Positions 1 to 11,522 of a DNA stretch of 64,000 nucleotides are shown here, piece by piece. The stretch's first letter is position 1. Each line of letters begins with the position of its first letter. Source of the stretch: an uncultured Acidobacteriota bacterium. GTDB taxonomy: Bacteria; Acidobacteriota; Blastocatellia; RBC074. The notes below the pieces were generated by a model, which worked only from the letters and a program-made list of their open reading frames with translations, searched no databases and was not told the origin of the DNA. The translations under genes and the position numbers were made by a program. Where the stretch lies: positions 70,592 to 134,591 of the forward strand of contig CAWEYR010000010.1 of NCBI GenBank assembly GCA_963813345.1, written 5' to 3'.

Positions 1-1655
1 TGCCGGAGGAATACTTGGAATCGCAGGCGCCATTGGATATGCGTGGCTGATAATGTACGGGTTGCGCAACTGGTGGGTAGGCGCGGTAGGTACCACCATG
101 CTCACGCTCGATCCGCGGCCCGTTACTCTGGCTGTCGGAGTCGCGGCCGGAGTGTTCACCGCCATAGTCTGTTTGATTCTGACCTTACGAGCTATTGCGA
201 GAGTGTCACCACGAAGTCTATTGACTGGAGGACCGTTGAGCGGGCGATCGCTCGCAGGCAATCAGGCAGGACGAGGAGGCTGGATGCTTCGAGTTTCGGG
301 GCTTGTAGCGGGCCTGGCCGCGATCGTCGTACTTGGTGGTGTTGCGATTGGCGTTCCAGGACAAACGGCGGGATTCTTCATTGCCGGGACTCTGCTTTTG
401 TATGCATCGGTGAGTTTCTGGTACCGGTGGTTTCGATCTGACCGTCAGACGCTGATCTCCGGCATTGGGATGTGGAGCCTTGTACGTCTGGGATTTCGCA
501 ATGCCTCTTCGCGCCCTGGAAGAAGCGCACTTTGCATCGCGCTCGTTGCGGCAGCAACCTTTATTATCACCGCGGTCGACGCTTTCAGGCGAGATGCAGG
601 TGCGGCCAGTCAGGACCGAAGATCCGGCACCGGCGGTTACTCGTTAATGGGCGAAACGCTGCTGCCAGTTGTCATCAACCCGCAGAGCGAGTCTGGTCGC
701 GAGGAGTTGAACCTGACAGGAGAACCCTCGCTTGACGGAGTCACGATAGAACGGTTCAGACTGAAACCCGGAGATGACTCGAGTTGTCTGAATCTGTATC
801 AGCCAAAGAATCCCCGGATTCTGGGAGCTCGCGAGGAGTTCATACGAGAAAACCGATTCTCGTTCGGAAACACTCTCGCATCAACTCCGGAAGAGAAAGA
901 GAACCCATGGAGACTGCTTGAGCGTGAATCGATCGATGGCGCCGTGCCTGTAATCGCAGATGCGAATTCGATCGCATACGTTCTTCATGTTGCGGTTGGC
1001 GACGAGCTTCTACTCGGGACATCGAGCGGCACACCATTGCGATTGCGGGTTGCAGGTGCCCTCTCTGACAGCGTGCTTCAAGGTGAGCTCGTTATGTCCG
1101 AAAAGAATTTTCTTCGTCTCTTTCCGGATCGACAGGGTTACCGCTACTTTCTGATCGATGCGCCGGACAACAAGGGAGAGGCGGCGCTTACCGTGCTCGA
1201 GGACCGGCTCTCTGATTATGGCTTCGATGGGAGCTCAACTGCCGAACGGCTGGCAAGCTATCATCAGAGTCGAAAGCACATATCTCTCGACGTTTCAGTC
1301 CCTCGGCGGGCTTGGATTGCTGCTTGGAACTATCGGACTCGGTGCCGTATTGGCGCGCAACGTGATCGAGCGACAACGCGAGCTGGCACTGCTCCGCTCA
1401 GTTGGCTACGAAAAAAGGCACTTCGCAGTGATGGTGATTGCCGAAAACGCAATCCTGCTAGTGCTGGGCGCGGCTACGGGACTTCTGTGCGCACTGATTG
1501 CAACGGCTCCGGCCCTTTACTCGCGCGGTGCTCCACCCCCGCTCAGGTCGCTGCTGCTGCCGCTGCTCGTGGTTCTCGTTGGTCTCGCAGCATCAGCGCT
1601 GGCATTGAGACTGACCGCCTCGACACCACTGCTCAACGCCCTGCGTACTGAGTAA
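1..1655 (+). CDS. ABC transporter permease (FtsX/MacB-like), 5'-truncated, frameshift near 1265
   Basis: ORFs 53..1651 and 1158..1655 join into a multi-TM permease with RNxxxRPGRS and ERQRELALLRSVG motifs. Confidence 0.85.
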
Positions 1656-1656
1656 A

Positions 1657-1764
1657 GGTACGTTGTACCGCCTTCAGGCGGAATCTTTGTATGCAGTTCA
1701 AGCTTCAGCTTGCTCTTGGCCTATTCGCGCAAAGGCAAGCCTGAAGCCTGAACTCCATACCAAA
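1657..1764. repeat. Composite REP element: family B arm (GTTGTACCGCCTTCAGGCGGAATC) followed by a family A REPIN
   Basis: B arm 1657-1685; A arms 1686-1713 and 1735-1764 in inverted orientation; lies between convergent genes. Confidence 0.85.
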
Positions 1765-1768
1765 TACC

Positions 1769-4700
1769 TCAGAAATTCACTCGCAATCCAATCACGATCA
1801 AACGCGATCCGGACGCAGTTGTAACCCGTCCGAAATTCGTCGAATTGATGTTCGTGTTGAACCCGTTGACGTAGTCATCAAAGATCGGAGTGTTCAGCGC
1901 ATCGATCATGTCGACCCTGAACTCAAAGTTTGCGGTCTCAGTGAATCTGAAACGCTTGATGATATTGAAGTCAAAGCGGAACGAACCTGGGCCAAGCAAC
2001 GGAGCCTGCGACAGCGTCCCCAGATTTCCGGCAAGTGGATTGACGAGCACCAGATTGCCTGACGAGTCAGTAATTGCGCGCAGCGTGCTGAGCTGTGCAA
2101 GCGCCGGAGTCATGCCTCCGAGCGACGGATCATTGACCTGGTTGTAACCCGTGTTGAATACAACACCGTTTTCCGTCTTCTGAACCCTGACAAAATCGCG
2201 AGGGAGATTCCCGGCCTGCGTGGGCGTGTTGTCGCCGCCGAAGAAATTGAACGTGTTGATCGGTGCAGTGAACGAGATAGGCGAACCAGCGAACTGATTG
2301 TAGATGACGCCCACCTGCCAGAGTTCGACAAGTCGTGCCACCCATCCACTGTTATTACCAAGGAACTTTCTTCCGGGTCCAAACGGCAGCTCCCAAATAC
2401 CGCTGCTCCGGAAGACGTGTGGAACGTGAAAGGTGAGCAACTTCTTCTCGAGCCCTCGATTGCGGCCGTTTCGAAAGCTGTCAAGAAGCTCCTGACTTGA
2501 CCCATCCTCCTCACCTAGCGTCCGGCTCCAGGTGTAATTCGCCTGCAGCGTCCACCCTCGAGAGAACCTCTTGATCACTTCGGCTTGAAACGAATGGAAA
2601 GACGAGTTGGCATAGTTGCCCGCGAGATTCGCACCCGCAAACTGAGGATTCGCGGTCACAAAGTTTTCCGCCAGGCCGACGCGGCGGAGAAGTCCTCCTC
2701 GTGCACCAGTGAAGTCAGTCGTCGTGTTGAGATAGTTTGCAAACGATCCCGCGCTGTTTGTCGCAAAGAAACCCTGAGTCGTGGTGAACCGACGCACAGC
2801 ATCGGAGCCCGGTGATGGTTGTTCCGTTGACGACGCCGACCCCTGGCACGTTTAAGCCCCATGAAGATCTGGTTGAGCAGGGGCGAGGTTCCACCAGTCT
2901 GTGTTACGAGAAATGCGCCCAAAAGCCCGTTCTCAAAAATATTCGTCTCGTTGATATTTGCGGTCCTGATGAGCTTTGTTCCTTTGCTTCCGACATAACG
3001 CAGGTCGAGCGTGAAGTCGCTCATAAGCTCACGCTGAAGCGTGACGTTCCAGTTCTGGACGTAGGGAGTTCGAAGATTGTCGTCGAAGACACGCACCGTC
3101 TGAACGCGATCGGTCAGTGGAACTGTTTCGAGCGGCCTCCCTTGAGGCACCAGTGGAAGCGTCAGACGCGCAAGGTCGAGATAGCCCGTCGATGTAAACG
3201 TAGTCGTGGTGCGCAGACCAGGCTGATCACCCGCGATGACATCAATCAACCGCAGCGCGCTTCGCTCGTAACCCCACCCGTAGCCCATTCGCAGAGTGGT
3301 CTTGTTCTCACCAAAATATGGAATCGCCCAGCTTAGTCCGATCGCCGGCGCAAAGTTGTTCCAGTCATCGTTGTAGAGCTTCGTGTCGGGCTTGGGCGAG
3401 TTCTTTCCGACAAGCTCGATGTTGGTGAGCTGCCCGTTGAGTCTTCCCGGTTGATAAACGTCGGCAAAGCTCGTCCCGGAAATCCCAAAGACCGAAGATG
3501 ATCCCCCGACCAGTCCTGCAGTCTTTCCGTTCGCTTCGAACACCACTCCGTACCAGTCGTAGCGAAGTCCGAGGTTGAGCGTGAGGTTTCGCGAGACTTT
3601 GAAATCGTCCTTGATAAACCAGCTGAATTCCCTTTGCTGCCACGTTCGCTGCTTCCCTTCTCCCGCAAGATAGACCGGGTTTGGTCCCGCAGGAGCATTG
3701 AACGCTTCTCTCGCGTTCGAGAGCGAACCTGAGAGGTCTGTCAGTACGTTCCGAGCCAGCGTCGCATTGTTTCCGAATACAGCGGCGGTGATGCCCTGGA
3801 CCGCAGCTCCTCCGGCTCCCAGAACCGCGCGCGGAAACACATCGAACGAATTGAAGCCATTCGTCGAAACGAATCGAACCTCGAATCCGCCCTTGAACGT
3901 ATGCTTACCTCTAACCCATGTCAGCGTGTCGGTGTACTGGTAGAGCGGCGAGATGCGGCCCTGTGGGTCATTCGTCAGATTGATCGGATCTGTCACTGAA
4001 GCGAAATCGGGTCCATACGCTACATTGTTGATTACTGGAATCAAGTTGCTGTTTTCAGCAAGTTGCCACGGCGAATTGAAGTCCAGGCGTGATCGTTGCG
4101 CTCCGCCTCTGAATTCATTCAGGAGAGTAGGAGAAAGCGTCGACGTGAGAGAGACCTGATAGAAGTAGTTGAGATTTTTCTGATTACCGCCCGGTGAGTC
4201 AGGATAGGTCTGTGCCATGAATCCGTTGAGAAAATTCTCGTTCTCACGTGAAAAGTTGAACGTCAGCCTGTGAGCCTCAGTGAATTGATGGTCAACGCGA
4301 ACGTTGATCTGGTCCCGATCTGCGCTTGTTCGTCTGATCCATGTGTGACCGGCAGTGTTGAGCCCGTCGCCTGCGCGAAAGTTATTTGGAAGCGGCATGA
4401 CTCCAAGGAGCTTGCTGATTGTCCCGGTCGGATCAGGGCCCGTCCGATTGGGATCACGCGTATAGAGATTGATCGACTGGAGGTCTCCAGTTGCTCCCGC
4501 GGGCCTGACCGGATTTCCATTGAGATCGGTAGTCGGAACCGCGGCGTTGGCGTTTCCATTCTGAACACCTGGATAGAATCTGAATATTCCGCGCCGGGCT
4601 GTATCGGTCAAAACAGTTGATGTCACAGTGCCTCGAGCACGTTGGCGTTGTCCCTCGTAGTTTACGAAGAAGAATGTCTTGTTCTTGATAATCGGTCCAC

Positions 4701-5541
4701 CGACGCGACCACCGAATTGATTTCGAATCAACTCATTGCGTGGCGCACCAATGAGGTTGTTGAAGAATGTATTCGCATTCAGAACGGTATTCCGGTGTGA
4801 CTCAAATGCACTTCCGTGAAACTCGTTTCCACCTGCTTTGGTGGTAAGGATCACCTGACCACTGCCGCGGCCAAACTCGGCGTCAGCTGGTGACGATACA
4901 ACGCGGATTTCATCCACCAGATCGACGCTCATGAAGATGGTTGAGTTAACACCCTGATTGATACGCATGTCCTGAACGTTGATTCCGTCTCGAAGAACAT
5001 TCACCTGCCCAATTCGCCCACCAGCAAAGTTGCTTCCAACCAGACCGGCTTGAGTAAGAACCAGCCCAAGCGCATCGCGATTTGGCAGCGGCAGGTCTTG
5101 AACGCTCTTGCCACTGATCACGCCGCCAACCGAATTCGCGCCGATTGCAAGATTCGGATCTAGCGGTGCACTTACTTTGACAACTTCCTCGGAAATCTGT
5201 CCGACCTCCATTTGAAGGTTGAATACAATTCGCGCCGAAAGCTCAAGGGTCACCTCGTCGTGTATGAGGCGCCGGAAACCGGTTCTTTCAGCGGTTAATC
5301 TATAGATTCCTGGCTGAAGACTCGCGAAGGTGTACACGCCTTCGTCATTGGTCGTAGCACTCGTCGAAGCCCCTGTCCTTGAATGCAAAGCAGTGATTGT
5401 TGCTCCCACCACGGCAGCACCTGCTGGATCACTGACAGTGCCGGATAGCGTGGCGTTTGTGGTTTGGGCACGAACATCGAAACCGGCGATGGAGAAGAAA
5501 GCTATCAACAGCCCAGCGAAAAGAGCTCGAGCACGTCTCAT
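1769..5541 (-). CDS. TonB-dependent receptor-like (Oar-type) outer-membrane protein with carboxypeptidase regulatory-like N-domain; frameshifts near 2852 and 2808
   Basis: Signal peptide, LSGTVSDPAGAAV, AEFGRGSG, RNQFGG, NNFAP motifs and C-terminal IGLRVNF; ORFs 2656..5541 plus 1769..2797. Confidence 0.9.
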
Positions 5542-6082
5542 CTGATCATCCTCCTGTTTGTCTTCGAACCGTCAGGTCGCCCATCAATGGCCCGTGTGGC
5601 GTTCCGTGGGTCGATTTGATGTAAGATGGCTGCCAAGTGACTCCAACAACTCGTCGTCAAAGTCGTCGAAATCCTGTTGGCAACCTTGATTCCACGTTTG
5701 CCAGTTGCTGCAAGCTTCTGATTCTGCTTAGTGTCAGCGTCCGCGCGGGGAGATGGACCCTCGACAGGCGTGCAATTTTTCGTAAGAGTTACAGGATTTC
5801 GTCTACTTTGGGGGATGCTGGCGTTTCAGTTACTCGGATTTCACAGGCAAAGGAAATGCAAGATAGAATAATCAAGAGCGCTGTTAGTTCAATCTGTACT
5901 TGTGAAAACGCCTACTCGTATTAGTATCAGGACTTTGAAGCTACTCGCGCCTGCTTTCCGGATAATCGGTTAGTTATCACAATCTGTTGAGTGACGTATG
6001 GTGACTGTCAGCGTTGCATAATTGCTATCAATCTAATTGGAATCTCATTTTTTCTGTGAAACTTTTTTTGAGGCACTCGCTA

Positions 6083-6161
6083 GCAACCACAAGCTAAAGC
6101 TTGAACTCAAACTAGTAGTTGAACTATCGAGGTTTGAGTTCGAGCTTTAGCTTGTGGTTGC
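6083..6161. repeat. Family A REP pair in divergent orientation
   Basis: GCAACCACAAGCTAAAGCTTGAACTCAAAC (6083-6112) and its inverse (6132-6161). Confidence 0.85.
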
Positions 6162-6201
6162 ACACCAGCCCCTCGGAGACGAGAGGCACTCAGAGAACGC
6201 A

Positions 6202-7451
6202 ATGTCAAATAAACGATACTCTATTTGGAATGGCACCTATTTAGCACTTCTATTCCTTGCGCTACATTCGACTTCGTACTGCTCAGGACTGGAATCAATG
6301 GCGTGGACCTAACCGCGACGGGTCCGTCAGACAATTTCATCATGCCTGCGACACTTCCGGAAAAACTTTCACAAAAGTGGAAAGTAGTCGTCGGCGATGG
6401 GCACTCTTCGCCGGTCGTGTCGAGCTCGCGTGTCTACGTGCTATCCCGGCAAGGCGAGCAGGAGGTCATCGCGTGCTATGAGCTCAGGTCAGGGAAACAG
6501 TTGTGGAAAGAAGCATACATTGCCGCCTACCGGGTCCATCCAGCCGCGACAAATCACGGGAAGGGTCCAAAGTCGACTCCGCTTCTGTTTTCAGGGAAGA
6601 TCTACACAGTCGGTATCACGGGAGTCGTATCCTGTCTTGACGCAGGCACCGGGCGCGTCAAATGGAGAAAGGATCTGTCCAATCAGTTCAAGCAGACGTC
6701 GCCACTTTACGGAACGGCGGTTTCTCCCATCGTCGATCGCGGCCAGCTGATTGTTCATCTGGGAGGGCATGATAACGGCGCATTGATGGCCTTTGATGCC
6801 GAGAGCGGTGCAGTCAAATGGAGCTGGACGGCGGATGGCCCTGGATACTCGTCACCGATCATTGTTGAGCTTGGTCAGACTCGTCACTTGATCACCCAAT
6901 CTCAACGCAATGTAATCGGCGTAGCTCCGGCAACCGGCGAGCTTCTGTGGAAGATTCCCTTCACTACAGAATACGATCAGAACACCGTGACTCCTGTCGT
7001 TGTCGGCGACATGGTAATCTTTTCGGGAATCAACAAGGGCATCGCTGCATATCGATTGGTGAGGAGTGGCGGGAAATGGACCGCCGAGCAGGCCTGGCAA
7101 AACAAGGAGATCAGTCTCTACATGAACTCTCCTGTTGTCGCCGGATCGAAACTCTTCGGGCTTTCGCATAAGAACAAGGGACAGTATTTCTGTCTTGACG
7201 CTAACAATGGAAAGGTCCTTTGGTTGAGTGATGGGCGTCAGGGTGACAACGCGGCGATGCTGATCGCGAAGGGAACGATTCTCTCACTGAGTACAGACGG
7301 GGACCTGACCATCTTTCCTGCAACAGAAAAGATGCCAGGCGAGTTCAAAAAGCTTCGCATCGCAGACAGTCCGACCTGGGCTCATCCCGTGCTCATGGGA
7401 AAAGAGATCCTGGTAAAGGACGCTACAACACTCGCGCTCTGGAGTTTCTGA
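6202..7451 (+). CDS. PQQ-like/BamB-family beta-propeller protein, secreted; frameshifts near the 5' end
   Basis: AQDWNQWRGPNRDG (ORF 6257) followed by repeated GxxxW blades (ORF 6225..7451); ATG at 6202. Confidence 0.85.
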
Positions 7452-7455
7452 GCAG

Positions 7456-7530
7456 GAGTGGGCAGTGGGCTCAGTGCGGCAGTGGTCAGTCGGGCAGTGG
7501 CCAGTGGCAGTCAGTGGCTGTGGTCAGCGG
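7456..7530. repeat. Degenerate heptamer tandem array (CAGTGGN)n
   Basis: gagtgg gcagtgg ... cagtggt cagtcgg gcagtgg ccagtgg between convergent genes. Confidence 0.7.
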
Positions 7531-9127
7531 TCATCTGACTCAGACTCTTTCTTCCCCCAGCCTCCACCGCCAGGCGTTTCAATCAGGAACCTTGTTCCAG
7601 CTGGCGCCGTTAACGAGAACTTACCCTGGAGTCTCTTTCTCTGCGCCTTTGATGGTTTTCATCGTGCTGCTCCCAACCTTGCCTGGATCGCCGCCGTTCA
7701 AACCATATGGCGGGAATCGTCGTCTGTCGGAAAGCAGAGAAACTCGAGCGGGAACCAGCACCTCTATCTCACGCACGACTCCGTCGCCGCCGCGGAACCT
7801 TCCATTTCCGCCCGATCCGCGGCGAATCTGATAGCGCCGGACCCGCATCGGATATGCATATTCGAGCGCTTCAACCGGTGTATTGAGCGAGTTCGTCATG
7901 TGTGTATGAACAGCTGAAAGACCATCTCCTGATGGCCTCGCCCCCATTCCGCCTGCGATTGTCTCGTAATACGAGAATTCACGTCCCTGATGTGCGTCCC
8001 AGCCGCCAATCGTCAGATTGTTCATGGTTCCTTGTGACGCTGAAGGGATCCGCGAGGGCGCAGCCTGTGAAAGCGCCTTGAAGAGTACGTCAACGATGCG
8101 TTGCGACGTCTCAACGTTTCCGCCAGCCACCGGCGCTGGTGGCTTCGCGTTGACAATTGTCCCCTCCGGAGCGATCACTTCGATCGGAGAGATTACTCCG
8201 GCACTCGCGGGCACATCACCAGCGATAAGACAGCGGAAGACGTAGTAAACCGCTGAAACCGTGATCGCCTCCACGGCGTTTATGGGACCGTTCACCTGCG
8301 CTGCGCTTCCCTGTGAAATCGACTTTCGCACGATCTCCCTTGATCTCGATCGTGACTCTGATTGGAATCGCATCGGCGCTCTCACCATCATCATCGAGTG
8401 CATCTTCCGCGCGATATATACCATCCGGCATCTCCGAGATTGCCTTTCGAGAGAGCCTCGCAGCGTAGTCAATTAGATGTTTCGCGTACTCACGCACTTC
8501 AGCGATGCCATACTCCTCGACAATATTGAGTATCCTCTCGGTGCCAACTCTCAAGGCCCCAAGCTGAGCCGCCAGGTCTCCCTCGCGCTCTTCGCGTCCG
8601 CGCACATTTGCAAGAAAGAGGCCCAGCAGTTCCAGATCAGTTACACCTCCGCGCGCGAGATGTACGGGAGGAATCCTCAAGCCTTCCTGGTAGATTTCAG
8701 TCGCTGCTCCCATCGAACCCGGGGTCGAACCTCCGATGTCGGCGTGATGGGCGCGGTTTGCAACATAAAAAAGGGGGCCGCTCTGCGATCGGCGAGCAGC
8801 GCGTGAGATTCCAAACACTGGAGCCACAAGAGTGACATCCGGCAGGTGCGTGCCCCCAGCGTAAGGATCATTCAGCATGATCACATCGCCGGCGTTCAGT
8901 TCGCAGCTGGCGATCGCAGCGCTCACCGACATCGGCATCGATCCGAGGTGAACCGGCATGTGATCACCCTGCGCAATAAGCCTTCCGGCGCCATCAAAAA
9001 CGGCGCATGAATAGTCTCGCCGTTCCTTGATGTTTGGAGAAAAGGACGCCCGGCGCAAACTCAAACCCATTTCCTCGGCTACCGAAGTAAACAGGCATCG
9101 AAAAATTTCGAGGCGAATTGAATCCAT
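7524..9127 (-). CDS. Hydantoinase B / 5-oxoprolinase family protein, frameshifted
   Basis: SPNIKERRDYSCA, NDPYAGGTHLPD, HMTNSLNTPVE and terminal IETPGGGGWG; ORFs 8216..9127 and 7621..8472. Confidence 0.9.
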
Positions 9128-9133
9128 AAGATT

Positions 9134-9226
9134 GCGGGGTCAGGGGTTGGGGATCGGGACTTGTCAGTTCAAGCTTCAGCTTGCTCGTACCATTCGAGCA
9201 TGTAACACAGCAAGCTAAAGCTTGAA
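9134..9226. repeat. G-rich heptamer run plus family A REPIN
   Basis: ggggtca ggggttg gggatc, then CAGTTCAAGCTTCAGCTTGC ... GCAAGCTAAAGCTTGAA. Confidence 0.8.
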
Positions 9227-9243
9227 AAATGCTCTGTTCTGCT

Positions 9244-10111
9244 CTACTCCTTCGCTGGTCCAAGCTTCTTCAATGCAGTAGCGGCTTCAGCCCTCACATC
9301 AACTACCTTATCGGTTTCTGCAATCTCCGTTAAGAAGGTCGCGACCCGCTTCCAGCTTGAGCTCTCCAATCCAATACGCGGCCTTGGAGCGGAAATCCGG
9401 GTTGTTGGCCTGCTTCAGTATTCCGGTCAGCTCGTGTGCACCGTTCCTGGTCTTCGAAGATTCGCGAATCGCCTCTTTCGCTATTCTTTGCGTTTCCGCA
9501 TTGTCAGAATCCGACAAGCCGAACAGAAAAAGCATTCCCTTTCGCGAAAAGCCTACGTCGCGCAACTGGAAAATGTAAAGGATGGCCTGACAGCGTGCGT
9601 AGGCGTCACCCCCATCAACAATCGGCCGGCTGTACGGATTGGCAAGGAAGTTGAGCGCAGCGTAGCTTGGCTTGTAGACCTGAAACGAGCACAGCGTGCG
9701 CCCCAGCTCGGCAGTCACTCGCGAATCAGAATCAGAAATAGCTTCCTGAAGGGCGTCAATGGAGTCCCGATCACCAAGTCTCCCGAGTGCCTGTACAGCC
9801 GCCGCTCGCACCAGCGGATCCTTGTCATCACGCATGGCCTTAACGAGTCCCGCTGTTGCCCGCCGGTCACAACTTGAGCCGAGCTCCGAGGCAGCGCCGA
9901 TCCTGGTTGCCGCATCATCTGATTTGAGGCTCGCGAGAGCCGCGGTAACAGTCCTGGTCTTCGCAGGAAGGTTGGCAAGAGATGGACATTGCTCATAGAG
10001 CGGCAATGCTCGCGGTCTCAAGTCCCCTCGTGCTTCCTGTCCAATTGTTAACGTTGTTAACGCTGGAAGAAACGTCACCAGCAATGTCAGCGAGAATGCA
10101 TATCTACGCAT
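9244..10111 (-). CDS. Secreted HEAT/PBS-lyase repeat protein; frameshift near 9330
   Basis: Signal peptide, DPLVRAAAVQALGRLGD repeats; shifted frame continues VDVRAEAATALKKLG to a stop at 9244. Confidence 0.8.
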
Positions 10112-10114
10112 CAG

Positions 10115-11431
10115 CTATCCCAGATCCGGATTGTTTGGCGTCAGCAGCTTAAGCGCACGTGCTGCGTGACCCAGCGCTATTACAAGATCACTCATAAACT
10201 TTACTCCCTGTCCGCGTCCAATCATCGAATCAACCGTCCGTTCAAGCGCGCCTATATCCATCGCTCGCCAACGCACGAGATACTCGTAGAGTCTCTTCTC
10301 GCCTTCCGCGATTCGGCGCTCCTGAGAAGGTGTGATCGCAAAGAGCTTGTGCAATCGGACATAGTTGATCGACTCAAAACAGTGCCCCAGCAACTGAACG
10401 AATGAACGCAGCTTCAATCCTTCGACAGCTATCGGGGGCGCCCCTTTGCCCTCTGTGTCGTAAGTGTATTCAAGTGCGTCAGCATCGCCCTTGAGGCGAT
10501 AAGTCACAATATCGAATTGTTGTTTGATTCGCTGCTCGAGATTGTTTTCGCGATAACCGTGTCTGAGGCACGAAAGAAACCCATACATCGAATGCAGACC
10601 GTAGCAGCTATACGTTCTGATCTCTTTGAAGAATTCCTCTGGCTCCTTTTCTCCGAGCGCCAGTTGCTGAGCCGTTTTGGCCGTCACTGCCTCGTAATCT
10701 GCGAGACCCCGATCAATTACAGTGTTGAGCTCAATCGTCTCGCCGTAAGCATTGGTCCACGTCGATTGATCGGGAGTCATTAGAATTGAGAATGCGATTA
10801 TCCCCCACGGCAGATGATTGATCGTCAGTTCCGGATCGAAGCGCTTGAGATTCTGCGGATCGAATCGAAAAAGCGCTTTTGCGCTATTGCCGAGATCTAC
10901 AAGGCTGTACTCGCGGCCCGAGACGGAAAGCTTTTGATCATTGCTTACACCCGCTTCGAGGAATGTTTTCAGAAAGCTGTTGTCGTGAACTTCATTGATT
11001 CTTTCGAAATAGACGTAACGCTTTCCCGCAACTTCCTTATCGGCAGCATAGGCTGTGCACAGCCGATTCACGGCGTTCGAGCCATCTGTCCGAGTAAAGT
11101 TACGCCCGAACCCGCGAACTGCGTGTATCAGGACATAAGGATTGTCAATCGCGCGCGCATAATACTCGGTGAGCTCATTGACTGAACGCAGCGCGTTCTC
11201 GTAGTTCGGCTCAAGGGTTACCGGCGGCAGTTTGCGCGCAATCGTAGGCTTTGGTGCCTCCACATTGGGTTTGGTTGATTCAAACCATCCTGCCCGGTAG
11301 CCTGCAAACCCTACGCCGGCGGCAGCAATTGCGCCACCTCCAAGAAGTAAGAAATTCCTTCGTTGATTGCTTTGCTGGACGTTCTTTTGAGTGTTTTCCG
11401 GCGGGCGCGAGCCACGCTTTTTCTTTGGCAT
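10115..11431 (-). CDS. Hypothetical Tat-signal protein
   Basis: Long ORF with QRRNFLLLGGGAIAAAG twin-arginine signal. Confidence 0.8.
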   Translation of the reverse strand: MPKKKRGSRPPENTQKNVQQSNQRRNFLLLGGGAIAAAGVGFAGYRAGWFESTKPNVEAPKPTIARKLPPVTLEPNYENALRSVNELTEYYARAIDNPYVLIHAVRGFGRNFTRTDGSNAVNRLCTAYAADKEVAGKRYVYFERINEVHDNSFLKTFLEAGVSNDQKLSVSGREYSLVDLGNSAKALFRFDPQNLKRFDPELTINHLPWGIIAFSILMTPDQSTWTNAYGETIELNTVIDRGLADYEAVTAKTAQQLALGEKEPEEFFKEIRTYSCYGLHSMYGFLSCLRHGYRENNLEQRIKQQFDIVTYRLKGDADALEYTYDTEGKGAPPIAVEGLKLRSFVQLLGHCFESINYVRLHKLFAITPSQERRIAEGEKRLYEYLVRWRAMDIGALERTVDSMIGRGQGVKFMSDLVIALGHAARALKLLTPNNPDLG

Positions 11432-11453
11432 ATATGTCAATACTAACAAAGAA

Positions 11454-11522
11454 CCCGGGAGCGCCAGGCTCCAGCCTGGCGAATGTCTGTCACGCGCCAG
11501 GCTGGAGCCTGGCGCTCCCGGG
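11454..11522. repeat. Family C REPIN (GGAGCGCCAGGCTCCAGCCTGGC)
   Basis: Perfect 28-bp inverted arms 11454-11481 and 11495-11522; overlaps the hydantoinase A stop codon. Confidence 0.9.

Noticed and set aside
5637-5924. 95-aa ORF in the intergenic region
   Set aside because: No RBS, no recognisable motif, atypical composition
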